A DNA stretch of 64,000 bases from a virus, in IMG/VR virus record IMGVR_UViG_3300028284_000001; one strand, 5' to 3'. The position numbers were made by a program, and so were the translations under genes. Shown here piece by piece: positions 26,455 to 37,254 of this stretch. Numbering within the stretch: position 1 is the first letter of the stretch; each line of letters opens with the position of its first letter. The notes beneath the pieces are model-generated. The model saw only the letters and a list, made by a program, of their open reading frames with translations, was not told the origin of the DNA and did not search any database.

Positions 26455-26489
26455 AAAAAAAGAAGGAATCCATAAGAACTCCTTCTTTC
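26455..26489 (-). terminator. Intrinsic terminator after the tail tube gene
   Basis: agaagga-N12-tccttct hairpin with a U-run on the minus strand. Confidence 0.7.
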
Positions 26490-26506
26490 TATTAAGTTAA
26501 TTTAAT

Positions 26507-27064
26507 TTAATTTACTTCTTCTGCCCAAACATCTGCTCTCCAAGTAACTTCTAAAGTTTGTGGATCTGCAGATTCATAGTTTAATTCACCAGTAAATCCT
26601 AAGCCTGATGTCATGAAACAATCATCAAGAGTAACTTTTCTAAAAATGTCACCCGCTCTGTTGAATTGAACAATAACGATTGTACCTACATAGTTCTTTT
26701 TAAGACCTAATTCTCCAGTCTCTGGGTTGTACTGTTTTCTGTACCATTCCCTCATTGATTTATATATGTACGCTTCGTTAGAATCGTTTAAGTTTAATGA
26801 GAAATTAACTGTTACGTCAACTGCAGTCCCATCAGGCATACCAGCGTAAGATCTAGTTGAGAACTTATACTTTTGCTCGACAGCTGCAACTTCTCTGTGA
26901 AGACTTTCCAAACCTGCGATTGAGTTAATGTGTTGTAAAAACAATGATTGTCCTGTCACGCCATCCGGAGGTAAAATAGTTACCTCGAATAGGTTAGCCT
27001 GTACAGGTTCAAAGTTCTTGCCCTTTCTGCTTGTTTGATCTTCTGAATAATGTGGTAAAGCCAT
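26507..27064 (-). CDS. gp19: Tail tube protein
   Basis: NLFEVTI, EWY..YNPETG..G.KKNY, QFNRAG, LNYES; follows the sheath gene. Confidence 0.85.
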   Translation of the reverse strand: MALPHYSEDQTSRKGKNFEPVQANLFEVTILPPDGVTGQSLFLQHINSIAGLESLHREVAAVEQKYKFSTRSYAGMPDGTAVDVTVNFSLNLNDSNEAYIYKSMREWYRKQYNPETGELGLKKNYVGTIVIVQFNRAGDIFRKVTLDDCFMTSGLGFTGELNYESADPQTLEVTWRADVWAEEVN

Positions 27065-27102
27065 ATCGTTTATTTTATATTTTATTTATATATTCTCTTT
27101 TT

Positions 27103-30042
27103 TTATGAAAAGTTTCCTGATGCAATTTCACCTGTGTTAAGTACAGTTACTCTTGATACTAGAATTTCTAATCCTTTAACTGGTTCAACGAACGTATCTA
27201 AGATACCCATGTTGTTATCAATAACTTCTGATGAGTTGTTAGAAGAATCCATAATGTTTCTGAAATCATAAACACCTTGATCTTTCTTAACTGACTCCAT
27301 AAAGTTATCTGCTAAAGTTTTAATTTCTAATCTAGTCTGAGCAGTATTGAACTCAAATAGGTAGTTCTTAAGAATTTCTGCTAGTCCATCTTCAATGTAA
27401 ATTAATACCTCTCTTACGTGAGCTGAAGATAAAGCTGACTGAATTCCTTGCTGTGCAGTCTTGTTTCCTTTAATAGTTAAACCTACTCCTCTTTCGAATA
27501 CAATTGGATTGTAACCGAATGGCTCAAGTACGTCTCTATCATTCTTATCGAATGCATATTCTAAAGATTGTACTCCAGTTCCTCCGACAACACCTCTTCT
27601 TGGACCTGCAATGATTGACCATGGCAGAGCGTCAGAATATTTGTCGATATAGTTATTTGAAATATAAGCAGCTGGTGGAATCACCTTAGTTCTACCGTTT
27701 TCAATAACATTTAAACCAGGACCGTAATAAAATCCGTAAGTTGCTCCTTCATTTATTGAAGGTAATGTGTATAATGCGCTTGGGTTTAAGTTTAAGTTAC
27801 CACCCGTTGCAACGTTATTTACATCAAATGCTCCAGAGAATTCATTTAAGAATGATGGGTTCGTTGAACCTTTAAATTCTTTAATCATTGGTGCATTAAG
27901 TATTGCAGAAGCGTTTTGTCTTTCTTTACAAAGTTGAGTTAATTCTTCTTTGTTAAGTATTCCACTATCTTCTAATGATCCAAAAGTATCAACAACATAT
28001 CTAAATGTAATATTGTCTTTATCAGTTAAAGCATTTCCTAAACCAGTTCCTGGCTTGATTGCTGATAATAAACCTTCCATTCCACCGATTTTCTTATCAG
28101 ATTGTGAAGCTCCATCAAATGCAAACATTTTGTAAACACCTGCAGCATCTTCATATCTCTTAAGAGCATGTAGAGGACTATTAGGTACAGGTCTGTGACA
28201 TGTAAATGTATAAATAGTATCTCCGTTTTCAACAGATTTTACAATTTTCTTAATTCTAGATAATCTAGCGTTACCATCAGCTCCTACTACACCGTTTACA
28301 TACATACCTACTTTGATATGCTTAGACGCATCTATGTCAGTATTGAAATCATCAACACCAGATTTGTATATCTTAAATATACCTGCTGTCATGTCTTGGA
28401 AATTCCAACCTCCTGGGAATGCTACTGCTCTAGAATTTAATTCAATCTTCTTCATTAAGAATGGATTACTAACTGCTAATTTTTGGCCGAAAAATCCAAC
28501 CCCATTAGTTATTGTTCCGTTTCCTGCTAATGTAGAAGAGAATCCTACAGATCCTTCTGGAGATACTTTATATGCACCACCACCGAATACTGCATCAGTA
28601 ACGTTTGGAGTAATAGCGTTAATACCAACATATTCTCCAGCGTTTTCAGATAATAACCATGTGTTAGCACCAGAACCTCCAGCACCTAATAATGTATCAC
28701 CTACACCTGCTGGTGCAGTTGCAAATATTAAGTTTCCATCTTCATCGACTCTGACATCTGTATCAACAGCCCATACAGCTCCATCTAAAGAACCTGAATA
28801 AAATTCGTAATCATTTATTTGTTTACTAATGTTACCGTCAGCTGTAAGTAATACGCCAGTACCCGATGGGGCAACTGCAGTAATTCTTACATATTCTCCG
28901 TCAATTGCAGATTTTAAAAATCTTCCAACTTCAATCGGATTAGGTAAAGCTGCTAAATCTGCAACGCTAATTCCATTAACACTGTCAATTTTAAGTGTAG
29001 ATCCAGTAACTTGACATTTACCTGCAAGCGCTGTAAGATCAACGTTTAGATCAGTTACTTGTTGTTCAACTCTATGTGAAAGTACTTCGTAATCTTGGTA
29101 GATATTAAATCCATTACCTACTAAATCAATCTCTGGAAGTGCATCCTCTTGAATAGCACAGAATAAACCTGTTCTTCTTGCTTCTAGGTTGATTAAAGTT
29201 TCAATGTATAATTGTCTTCCTTCGTTATCTTGGAATTCTGGAATTAATGAACCAGAATATTGAGATAATAAAGTTACTTCTCTTAGTCCAACAAATTTAG
29301 CTAATTCAGATTTGAATAAACCTTTAGCGTTAAAAAATTCACCATAAGTTGGATCGTTGTTTAATGCTTGTGCATCAAACTTACCTTTAAATACAAATAC
29401 ATCTACCATGTAATCTGATACGTATTCATCTGCTTCTATTCCTTCTGGAATGTTAGCTTCACCATACCATTCTCTTGCTGATACCTCAAAACCTCTTACA
29501 TCGCCAGCTTGTCTAACGATAATTGTAATAGGATCTTGTTTGATATTTACAAATGAAATAGCGTGGTTTGTGTCTTGTGCCGCAGCAGTCAATAACTTTT
29601 CATCAGAAGGTACCCAGAACTTGTCAGTATCAAATACATCGCTGTACTTTTTTAATACTTTTTCTGCATCTGAGTTATCTTTAGGAATTGACTGTAAACC
29701 TTCTAGTGAAGAGTTAGTCGCTAAAGATACTAGTGATACTTTGTCATCGTCATCAACAGTTGTAAGGTTTAACGCAAGGATTGGACCTCTTGATAAACAT
29801 TCAATTGCTGATCTGTGAAAAAACATATTTTTCTTTTCTAGTGACTTGTCAACACCTCCAAATACTTGGATAAATTGCTCTACATCTTCTATTAATACTG
29901 GAGTGTTGTAAGGACCTTTGTTAGATCTACCTACAACTAGTCTAATAGTCTCCGCGGGAATGTTTACGGTTTGTGACTTGTCAAACTCTAGACGATATAC
30001 GCCTGAGCTTTTGAACTGTAATAAATTGGGACTTAATGCCAT
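27103..30042 (-). CDS. gp18: Contractile tail sheath protein
   Basis: SSGVYRLEFDKS, KGPYNTP, PWSIIAGPRRG, GNKT, LFEFN, DSSNN. Confidence 0.9.
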   Translation of the reverse strand: MALSPNLLQFKSSGVYRLEFDKSQTVNIPAETIRLVVGRSNKGPYNTPVLIEDVEQFIQVFGGVDKSLEKKNMFFHRSAIECLSRGPILALNLTTVDDDDKVSLVSLATNSSLEGLQSIPKDNSDAEKVLKKYSDVFDTDKFWVPSDEKLLTAAAQDTNHAISFVNIKQDPITIIVRQAGDVRGFEVSAREWYGEANIPEGIEADEYVSDYMVDVFVFKGKFDAQALNNDPTYGEFFNAKGLFKSELAKFVGLREVTLLSQYSGSLIPEFQDNEGRQLYIETLINLEARRTGLFCAIQEDALPEIDLVGNGFNIYQDYEVLSHRVEQQVTDLNVDLTALAGKCQVTGSTLKIDSVNGISVADLAALPNPIEVGRFLKSAIDGEYVRITAVAPSGTGVLLTADGNISKQINDYEFYSGSLDGAVWAVDTDVRVDEDGNLIFATAPAGVGDTLLGAGGSGANTWLLSENAGEYVGINAITPNVTDAVFGGGAYKVSPEGSVGFSSTLAGNGTITNGVGFFGQKLAVSNPFLMKKIELNSRAVAFPGGWNFQDMTAGIFKIYKSGVDDFNTDIDASKHIKVGMYVNGVVGADGNARLSRIKKIVKSVENGDTIYTFTCHRPVPNSPLHALKRYEDAAGVYKMFAFDGASQSDKKIGGMEGLLSAIKPGTGLGNALTDKDNITFRYVVDTFGSLEDSGILNKEELTQLCKERQNASAILNAPMIKEFKGSTNPSFLNEFSGAFDVNNVATGGNLNLNPSALYTLPSINEGATYGFYYGPGLNVIENGRTKVIPPAAYISNNYIDKYSDALPWSIIAGPRRGVVGGTGVQSLEYAFDKNDRDVLEPFGYNPIVFERGVGLTIKGNKTAQQGIQSALSSAHVREVLIYIEDGLAEILKNYLFEFNTAQTRLEIKTLADNFMESVKKDQGVYDFRNIMDSSNNSSEVIDNNMGILDTFVEPVKGLEILVSRVTVLNTGEIASGNFS

Positions 30043-30073
30043 AGTTGTTCGTTTTTATTTTTTAATTCTTTTA

Positions 30074-30082
30074 TTATATATC
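30074..30082 (-). promoter_or_regulatory. Late promoter motif GATATATAA (sheath)
   Basis: ttatatatc upstream of 30042. Confidence 0.7.
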
Positions 30083-30099
30083 CCTGCTATTTCGTAAAT

Positions 30100-31932
30100 T
30101 TATTTAAGTAGGTCATAAATATCATATTGTAAATCTCCAGCCTGATCATTGTCCTTATATAAGATGCTTTCCATCTTATCATGCACGTCTGGATCTATAA
30201 AATCTAAGAGCTCTTCTACGAAATCTGCATAGTCTGTTGTATTAAAAAACTCGGTTGCTGTAATGCAAGTCATTATTACATCATCGTTGCCCATTTGAGC
30301 CCCATAACTGCCATTTGATAGTGTACCAAATAACGATGCCTCTTTTACTGTAACCTCGTCTGTTAAATCTAATCTATTTATCTTGTAAAGTTTTGCAAAG
30401 TTCTGACAAAAGATAGCTTTATTATCAGATTTTAGTTTGATTCCTGGTTTAATAGTTCTAGCATCATGTCGATGTTTAAATTTAACTATCATCTCATCAT
30501 CAAAATCATTTCTTTGTGGAAATATACTTCTTAGGTATTGGAATAACACTGTACCATAAGTATTATACTCTACAATCATCTTTACATTCTCAGAGTTAAA
30601 TATATCTACTGATAATGTATATAGTACTTTTGCGAAATCTTCAATAACATGTTCGTTTGATCTAAATCTACATACTTGTGTAAATTTAAAGAAATCGTAC
30701 ATTGCACCTGGGCTTATTATCGCGTCAATTTCTTTTTCATTCATTGGATCTACTCTAAATACATTAATAACAGAAGCATCACCTCCATTACCTTCTGCAA
30801 TATCTACTGAGAATACCCAAAAGTTACTTTTATCTGCACATGAATCAATATCAAAATTAGGATCCCATTCTAAATGTCCCTTTGTATCAATACTAATATA
30901 ATCGAATTCATCAAAGTCATGATAGACATAGGGCTTCATTCTCTTTCTCATCTTCTTCATATCGACTGGGTCTAATAAGAGGTTGGATGAGGAAACGAAT
31001 TCATTCCCATATTGTTTATTAAAGGCTTCGATCGAACCTAGGTTAGCAAGCTCTCTATCATACCATGCCTCGTCTCTATCTGGATGTTGCCACCAATCTA
31101 TCCTCGTTGCTAAGTATTCATTATCACCTCGATCTGCCGCAGCATAGATTTGATAGAACTTATTAAATCCGTTTGGCGTAGATGTAATTGTTATTCTTGA
31201 GACTTTCGATGAGGATAATGTAGGATATACATTCTCGTAAAAAGAATCAGCAATCGATGGATGGACGTGGGCAAACTCATCTAGGTATAAGTTATGGATT
31301 GTAAAACCAATACCAGATTTTGCTGTGGTAGACTGTCCTATTAGTCGACAACCATTATCACATCTCACATTCATGACATCATATTTAATAATACCAGGTT
31401 TCATAAAGAACGGTAAGTTCTCGATTACTGTTTTGGCTTTATCAATAATTTCTTTTGTTGAATCAGATTTATTCGCAAGTAGCAAAGTATTCTTATCCAT
31501 ATTAAAGGTAACATACCATGCATTAAAAATAGATGCAGTTACTGTTTTACCCATTTGTCGAGCAGCAAGAACAATATTAAATCTATCATTCTGGAAATTC
31601 CTCAACATATCCTTCTGGTAATCTCTCAACTTTACTTGTTGAATACCTTCATCGGTCATCACTACTGCATACTTCTCTGCAAAATAGACAATGTCCTTGG
31701 CACATCTAGCTAACTCGGTAATTTCCTCATCAGTATATTCAAATACAATATTACCCTTCTTTAGAAATTGTCTACCCTCGTAGAATGGTAACTTAATCTT
31801 AGGACGATAACCCTGGTCCATAGCCACTAACAGATCATCGATCTGTCGGGTCGACCATACAATCCTATCAGCAGAGGTTGCATCACCTTCTGCTTTAGGA
31901 ATCCATTTATTATCTCCTATTCCGTCTGACAT
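30100..31932 (-). CDS. gp17: Terminase large subunit
   Basis: LRDYQ, ARQMGKT, LYLDEFA, STPNG, DIAEG, DDVIM. Confidence 0.95.
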   Translation of the reverse strand: MSDGIGDNKWIPKAEGDATSADRIVWSTRQIDDLLVAMDQGYRPKIKLPFYEGRQFLKKGNIVFEYTDEEITELARCAKDIVYFAEKYAVVMTDEGIQQVKLRDYQKDMLRNFQNDRFNIVLAARQMGKTVTASIFNAWYVTFNMDKNTLLLANKSDSTKEIIDKAKTVIENLPFFMKPGIIKYDVMNVRCDNGCRLIGQSTTAKSGIGFTIHNLYLDEFAHVHPSIADSFYENVYPTLSSSKVSRITITSTPNGFNKFYQIYAAADRGDNEYLATRIDWWQHPDRDEAWYDRELANLGSIEAFNKQYGNEFVSSSNLLLDPVDMKKMRKRMKPYVYHDFDEFDYISIDTKGHLEWDPNFDIDSCADKSNFWVFSVDIAEGNGGDASVINVFRVDPMNEKEIDAIISPGAMYDFFKFTQVCRFRSNEHVIEDFAKVLYTLSVDIFNSENVKMIVEYNTYGTVLFQYLRSIFPQRNDFDDEMIVKFKHRHDARTIKPGIKLKSDNKAIFCQNFAKLYKINRLDLTDEVTVKEASLFGTLSNGSYGAQMGNDDVIMTCITATEFFNTTDYADFVEELLDFIDPDVHDKMESILYKDNDQAGDLQYDIYDLLK

Positions 31933-31935
31933 TTA

Positions 31936-32592
31936 TTATTCTTCTGTTGGTTCTACGTCTTCAATATCTTCCTCTGAAGCTCCGTGAATACCTGCTTGTA
32001 TTGCAGCCATTAAATCTTTTGTACCTCTTTGAATATTTTTATTACTAGAGTCACCGCCTGAACTTTCAATTTCTGAGTTATTTGCTCTTTGTTGATATAT
32101 TTCTAAATCCCTTGCAATTCTTTTTGTACCCTCTTCTGCTGCCATTAAGTACATGGTTTGAGATTTAATAATATCTAACATTGATTTTTGTAGAGTTGCA
32201 AGAACCTCAAACATTCTAGGTGCTAATTCACCCGAGTCAATTGTTTCTAACAAAGTTGTTAGTGCTTTTTCACCTGCATTTAATTGATAAATTAGAGAGG
32301 ACATAGTCATCTCATCCATTCTTTTTTTTGCAGCAATATATTCATCCTTTTCAATAATATCAGCATCTAGATAGAATTTCATAAGAGCTGTAATAGTCTT
32401 TTCTGCTTTTTTAGTAGCAGAAGACTTTAATTCTTTATAGTTTGTGGCAGGAACTAAATCTGTAGGTCTTGCTTGGATAGGAAGATCCTGTGGATCTGAT
32501 TCAACATCCATTATGCCATCCCCAATTAAATCGTCTAGTTCTTTTCTTATTTCATCCGCTTGTTCGGATATAGTCTTTTTCTTCTCGCTCAT
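31936..32592 (-). CDS. Probable terminase small subunit
   Basis: Directly upstream of terL; PRMFEVLATL and RGTKDL resemble gp16-type motifs. Confidence 0.55.
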   Translation of the reverse strand: MSEKKKTISEQADEIRKELDDLIGDGIMDVESDPQDLPIQARPTDLVPATNYKELKSSATKKAEKTITALMKFYLDADIIEKDEYIAAKKRMDEMTMSSLIYQLNAGEKALTTLLETIDSGELAPRMFEVLATLQKSMLDIIKSQTMYLMAAEEGTKRIARDLEIYQQRANNSEIESSGGDSSNKNIQRGTKDLMAAIQAGIHGASEEDIEDVEPTEE

Positions 32593-32660
32593 ATTATGAT
32601 ATTATATAATATATATCTATGTAAGTTCGTGTAACAAATTTAATCTATTTTTGTTACAAA

Positions 32661-34625
32661 TTACCTAGATTGGTTATATCTTCTTAATTGAATTGATGGA
32701 ATTGCGTTATCTATAATATGTGCTAATTGATTATCTCTAACTACATATTGTTGTAATACGTTTCTATGTTGATCAGCACCGATTGTCTTTTTAAATAATC
32801 GTATGTTGGTTAACTTTAATTTACCAGGCATTAATGAATATTGTTTATCAGTTACCCATCCTTGTAATTCTGGTAAATCTTGCTTGTTATTCATAACTTC
32901 TGTTAACGTATCTGTTATTGGCATATTAGGAGATTTATTACTACCTGGATGTAATTTGTAAACATAGGTTGCAATTTGCTTAAATGCATTGTTTAAATTA
33001 AATACCATACCGTACCAATTTCCATTAATTGGTTGTACTCCAAATGGGAATTGATAAATCTGCCCGTTAATGGTTGCTTTAACTACAGTTTGATTCATTG
33101 ATAATTTTAATCCCTTATTACCTAATGAACCGTCAAATAAAACTTGGTCTGCAGTTGGACTTGTTAAGCTAGGTTGGAACCATACTGTAAATGCTAAATT
33201 ATCAGCAGTAGATAAAGTTGAATTCTTTTTGTATACCAGGGCTTCAATACCTAAATCTTTAATTGTTGAAAGATCATAATGATTTTTAGAAACGATGGTC
33301 CATTTATTTCTAATTTCCATATCTGAAATAGTCATACTATTATGAATTCTATCTCTAATACCATCTCCTACTGGACTAAATACCGTTTGATATTGTTCAG
33401 GTTTAGAAGTTTGTGCATATTCATCTTTTAACTCTTCACCAAATATTTCTTCAATACCAGTTGTTAAGCTGTCCATTTCTACTTGCATCGCCTGTCCTGC
33501 TGCATCATCACCAACAATCGTAGAAGTTCTCTCTTCGTATTTTCTTAACATTACTCTCCAATAGGTCATTTCCATATTGAATTCATCTGCAAAAGAAACC
33601 GAAGCAACTTCATACATTCTATTCATTAATGGGAAATATAAGTAATCTCTAGCTCTCGGTGGTTTGTTTGCACCAAACGCTTGTTCCATTTGTCCCTTTG
33701 TAATATGGACTTCAAAATCTTCCCATCCCATTCCAAATATATCATATTGAAATTCTTGCGATGGCATCTCATTATCTGGAACCATTATTTTAACTTGACC
33801 TTGAGCCTGTACATTATATAGAGAATACTCCATTAATACGACATCTTTAGATCTTTTATCAGGTTCTACTCTAAAGTATTTTACATCATGACCCCACATA
33901 TTTGCACCTAGTTCTGAAATCTCTTTATAGATTGAAGTAGGTTTACTTAAATTATATGGATCGTAAATAGGATCTGAACATTCAACTACAATATTAGTAC
34001 ATCCATCTACATAAGGGTCTGTACATTCTGAACAAATTTGAGGACATGATACAATTGTACCGTTTCCTGTTTGTATTTGGAATTCAACGCTCACTAGACT
34101 AATACTATGTAAATTAGATAAAGCCATAACTTCAGCTCTAATATCAATCCAAAGTGGCTTGTTAGGGTCAAATGTTAAACCTAATAAATCATTAGGTCCT
34201 AAGTTAATATTAAGTGGTCTAAATTCAGACATTTGGCCACCACTCGTAATAACATCTTCCTGAGACCATCTAAAGTCATAGGCAAAATTATTATTAGAAT
34301 CTGGTACTTTAGAAAATGAAACTGAGGCTGCAGAAAAATTAGGTATTTCTACTGTTGTAAATGTTTGAGCAGCTATGTCTATTGTAGAAACTGTAAATAT
34401 ATTAGATCCTACATAAATCATATCACCCTCTACTAGGTCTAGGTTAGTTCCTATGCCTACAATAGTATTACTATCTTGTGTGATGTTTAATTTACCAATT
34501 GTATATGGCGAATGTACTTGTGCTAGTATATTCCAAGCTAAAATCTTATCAGTATCTGAATAAGGTTCTTGGAGTCTAGCGAAAATTTGATCGCCTATTT
34601 GATTTGCAGTATAATTAGTTACCAT
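32661..34625 (-). CDS. Neck protein (gp14-like core) with N-terminal extension and C-terminal LamG-like domain
   Basis: WGHDVKYF, FGM, PRARDYLYFPLMNRMYEV; C-terminal FTVWF..NWYGMV..LTNIRLF. Confidence 0.6.
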   Translation of the reverse strand: MVTNYTANQIGDQIFARLQEPYSDTDKILAWNILAQVHSPYTIGKLNITQDSNTIVGIGTNLDLVEGDMIYVGSNIFTVSTIDIAAQTFTTVEIPNFSAASVSFSKVPDSNNNFAYDFRWSQEDVITSGGQMSEFRPLNINLGPNDLLGLTFDPNKPLWIDIRAEVMALSNLHSISLVSVEFQIQTGNGTIVSCPQICSECTDPYVDGCTNIVVECSDPIYDPYNLSKPTSIYKEISELGANMWGHDVKYFRVEPDKRSKDVVLMEYSLYNVQAQGQVKIMVPDNEMPSQEFQYDIFGMGWEDFEVHITKGQMEQAFGANKPPRARDYLYFPLMNRMYEVASVSFADEFNMEMTYWRVMLRKYEERTSTIVGDDAAGQAMQVEMDSLTTGIEEIFGEELKDEYAQTSKPEQYQTVFSPVGDGIRDRIHNSMTISDMEIRNKWTIVSKNHYDLSTIKDLGIEALVYKKNSTLSTADNLAFTVWFQPSLTSPTADQVLFDGSLGNKGLKLSMNQTVVKATINGQIYQFPFGVQPINGNWYGMVFNLNNAFKQIATYVYKLHPGSNKSPNMPITDTLTEVMNNKQDLPELQGWVTDKQYSLMPGKLKLTNIRLFKKTIGADQHRNVLQQYVVRDNQLAHIIDNAIPSIQLRRYNQSR

Positions 34626-34657
34626 TTAACTTAAAGACTATTCTAGTCTATTTTTTA

Positions 34658-35308
34658 TTATATATCTGAATCTTTATCAGTGATTAAAAGCATCTCAGGA
34701 TTATCAGCCTCATAATTTTCCAATATTGAAATAAATGCATTAGTAACGCTAAATATTTCAGCTTGATTATTTTCAGATAAATACAGATCTAATGCAGATA
34801 AAAACTCTCTAACTTTTATTAATTTAAAATGCTGGTTATTTTTCATTAAACCTGATTTTTCTAAAACCCTATTAACTAATGTAACTTCACTAGGGTGGAA
34901 TAAATCAAAGGTTCTAATAAATCCCCTAAGTACTTTTATATCATACTTAATTGTTTTAACTTGATCTACATTTACAATTCTATTATAGCTAGAATTTTTA
35001 TTTAGATTTACTTTGACATATTTTAAATTTGGCATAGTTTCAAAGATTTGCCAAATAAAATAAACAGATGTAGCTTCTTTATGGACAGTAGTATCACTAA
35101 CAGCTTTAAATCTAGAAATATCATCTGAAAAATTACGAGTGATATATGTTTTTAAAGTATCTGCTGAAATGACTCTCCAATTATCAGAATGTACTTTTGA
35201 TGTATATCCTCTAAGAATTATACCCCAAAGTTTTAAATCAATTGAGTTATACTTATATAAAGTAACATCAACTATTTCCGTAAAAGTATCGTTAATCGTT
35301 GTAGACAT
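34658..35308 (-). CDS. Hypothetical protein
   Basis: 216-aa ORF; its last codons contain the late motif (34658-34666) for the neck gene. Confidence 0.75.
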   Translation of the reverse strand: MSTTINDTFTEIVDVTLYKYNSIDLKLWGIILRGYTSKVHSDNWRVISADTLKTYITRNFSDDISRFKAVSDTTVHKEATSVYFIWQIFETMPNLKYVKVNLNKNSSYNRIVNVDQVKTIKYDIKVLRGFIRTFDLFHPSEVTLVNRVLEKSGLMKNNQHFKLIKVREFLSALDLYLSENNQAEIFSVTNAFISILENYEADNPEMLLITDKDSDI

Positions 35309-35720
35309 CTATTTGCTTTTCAATTTTTTTAAGGTCTGCATATAATTGATCTTTCGCAAATAATTTTAATTCACTCATTTCGCGCTGGCCTATTTCATTT
35401 TTATTCATGTAAAGCTCTACAGCTCTATCACTTGGGATATATTTATCCACTTCATTTTTCTTAGCCTTTTTAGTTTTAGTATAAAACCATCGTGGCACTG
35501 ATTTAAACCTGGAAGCTACCATTGACCAACTATCAACAACGCTTGCACCGTTGATACCATTGATATTAAACATCTGTGCATTTGCAGGATATTTAATAGA
35601 CATAAATCTATTAATCATGAAATGATGTCTCTTCTTATTATGTTGTTTTATTTTATTATATGTTGCTGGCTTTGTAAACATAATTTTCACAAAGTCAAAC
35701 AACTTAGTTTCGTCTAGCAT
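35292..35720 (-). CDS. Clamp loader small subunit-like (gp62)
   Basis: FMINRFMS...MFN..; basic WFYTKTKKAK; near gp44. Confidence 0.5.
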   Translation of the reverse strand: MLDETKLFDFVKIMFTKPATYNKIKQHNKKRHHFMINRFMSIKYPANAQMFNINGINGASVVDSWSMVASRFKSVPRWFYTKTKKAKKNEVDKYIPSDRAVELYMNKNEIGQREMSELKLFAKDQLYADLKKIEKQIDVYND

Positions 35721-35725
35721 ATTAA

Positions 35726-35752
35726 TTATATGTTAATAAGTTGGAAAGTTTA
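35726..35752 (-). promoter_or_regulatory. Middle-type promoter variant TAAAC-N17-TATAA
   Basis: 5 nt upstream of the ATG at 35720. Confidence 0.5.
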
Positions 35753-35911
35753 CCCAATAAGGGTATTAAATGCATGTTGATAAGAATCTACTTTTGATAG
35801 ATTATGAAGCATTTCTATTTTAGTAGCAAGTTCTATAATTTCTGGTTTTAAATTATATGCATTTGCTTCTGCTAAGATTTCTTCTATATGAATATAGTCG
35901 TTTAAAGTCAT
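35750..35911 (-). CDS. Small hypothetical protein (53 aa)
   Basis: MTLNDYIHIEEILAEANAY...; TAATG coupling to rnh. Confidence 0.55.
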   Translation of the reverse strand: MTLNDYIHIEEILAEANAYNLKPEIIELATKIEMLHNLSKVDSYQHAFNTLIG

Positions 35912-37179
35912 TAGAATAAATTTTTAGTAGAATCCTTTTTAGTAGATTTTGCAATAGTCTTTTTACCAACTAACTTCATAGGAGTTTGCTTCTCTTCTGG
36001 AATATCCATGCCTGCAAAAGGATCTGGTGCAAAATTGTTTTTCTTAGCACCTTCTAACCAATCAGTATCTTTTAAGATTTTGTCCATTTCTAACAAAGCA
36101 TCTTTATTATCAATTGCACCTTCCCAATCTTTTTCAATTGCATCGTAAATTGCTTTTTGAATTGGATCTGGAATAGTTTCATTATGCAATAGCATTAAGC
36201 CGATATTTTGTGTAAGAGTAGTTTTAATTAATGTTAATGAACTGTGTCCGACAACTCTGTAGATAATATCTGATAATGTATCTTTAGCTTCTGATGAAAA
36301 TAAGTAATCTATTTTAAAGTCATTGAATTCTTTAACGAATTGACTGAAAATCATATCTGCTGTTTTATCAGTAATAGAATAGTTTCTAAGTTTACCGTTC
36401 TTCATTTCTTTTTGCCAAGTAACTACTGACGAAATGTTATCTGATTTATCTCCTGTAAGTATTTTCTTAAATATAAATTCATCACAGTTGATTTCTGTAG
36501 TAGTAATTTTATTAGCAGTTACCCATGACATGATGTCATATTGATAATTATCACGCAACATATTCTTACCGCCCATGTTGAATAACATATCATCGCCAGT
36601 CATGTCTTTTGAGGATGATTTAGCCATGTCAGCTTCAAAGCCTTGATAACCATAGAGAGATTTTTTAGTATTGTAATACCATATAGTATGCGCGTCGTTG
36701 GTAGTGGAATAGTTAACTAATTGAATAAGATCTCTATCACCAGTCCATACGATACAAGATTTACCTCTGGCATTCAACATTGTTGACCAACCGAAGATAA
36801 CATCATCTGCTTCTGCACCTTGTATTTGATGTACAGTAACACCTTTCTTAGCAAGAATTTCTTGAAATGCTTCATATACTTCATATACTGCAGTCCAATC
36901 TACTGTTTTGTTTTGCTTTCTAGTTCCTTTATATTGTGCTTCTGGATATAGATCCTTTCTCCATGATTTAGAATCTACAGTCAAAACAACATCATCAACA
37001 AACATCTTAAGCTTACGCATTTCAGATGCAAAGTCAATTGCTAGTTTTCTCATAAACTGTGATTTTTGCTTATCATCACCCAGAAGAAGCGCGCCGCCCT
37101 TTGGCTTTGGCATAACGAATAATCTACTAAAAACAAAGTAGTTACCGTCGATTAATAATGTATGTTTTCCCACTTTCAT
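35911..37179 (-). CDS. rnh: 5'-3' exonuclease / T4 RNase H (flap endonuclease family)
   Basis: LLIDGN, SWRK..YP..YKGTR, EADD, TGDRDLIQL, GDKSDNI. Confidence 0.9.
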   Translation of the reverse strand: MKVGKHTLLIDGNYFVFSRLFVMPKPKGGALLLGDDKQKSQFMRKLAIDFASEMRKLKMFVDDVVLTVDSKSWRKDLYPEAQYKGTRKQNKTVDWTAVYEVYEAFQEILAKKGVTVHQIQGAEADDVIFGWSTMLNARGKSCIVWTGDRDLIQLVNYSTTNDAHTIWYYNTKKSLYGYQGFEADMAKSSSKDMTGDDMLFNMGGKNMLRDNYQYDIMSWVTANKITTTEINCDEFIFKKILTGDKSDNISSVVTWQKEMKNGKLRNYSITDKTADMIFSQFVKEFNDFKIDYLFSSEAKDTLSDIIYRVVGHSSLTLIKTTLTQNIGLMLLHNETIPDPIQKAIYDAIEKDWEGAIDNKDALLEMDKILKDTDWLEGAKKNNFAPDPFAGMDIPEEKQTPMKLVGKKTIAKSTKKDSTKNLF

Positions 37180-37201
37180 ATTTTGTGTGTTTTAATTCCT
37201 A

Positions 37202-37245
37202 TACTAATATACGAAAAATATTTGACATAGAAAAATGTTTTGGCA
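37202..37245 (-). promoter_or_regulatory. Early-type promoter motif upstream of rnh
   Basis: Near-identical to 14702-14745. Confidence 0.7.
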
Positions 37246-37254
37246 ATTATTTTG

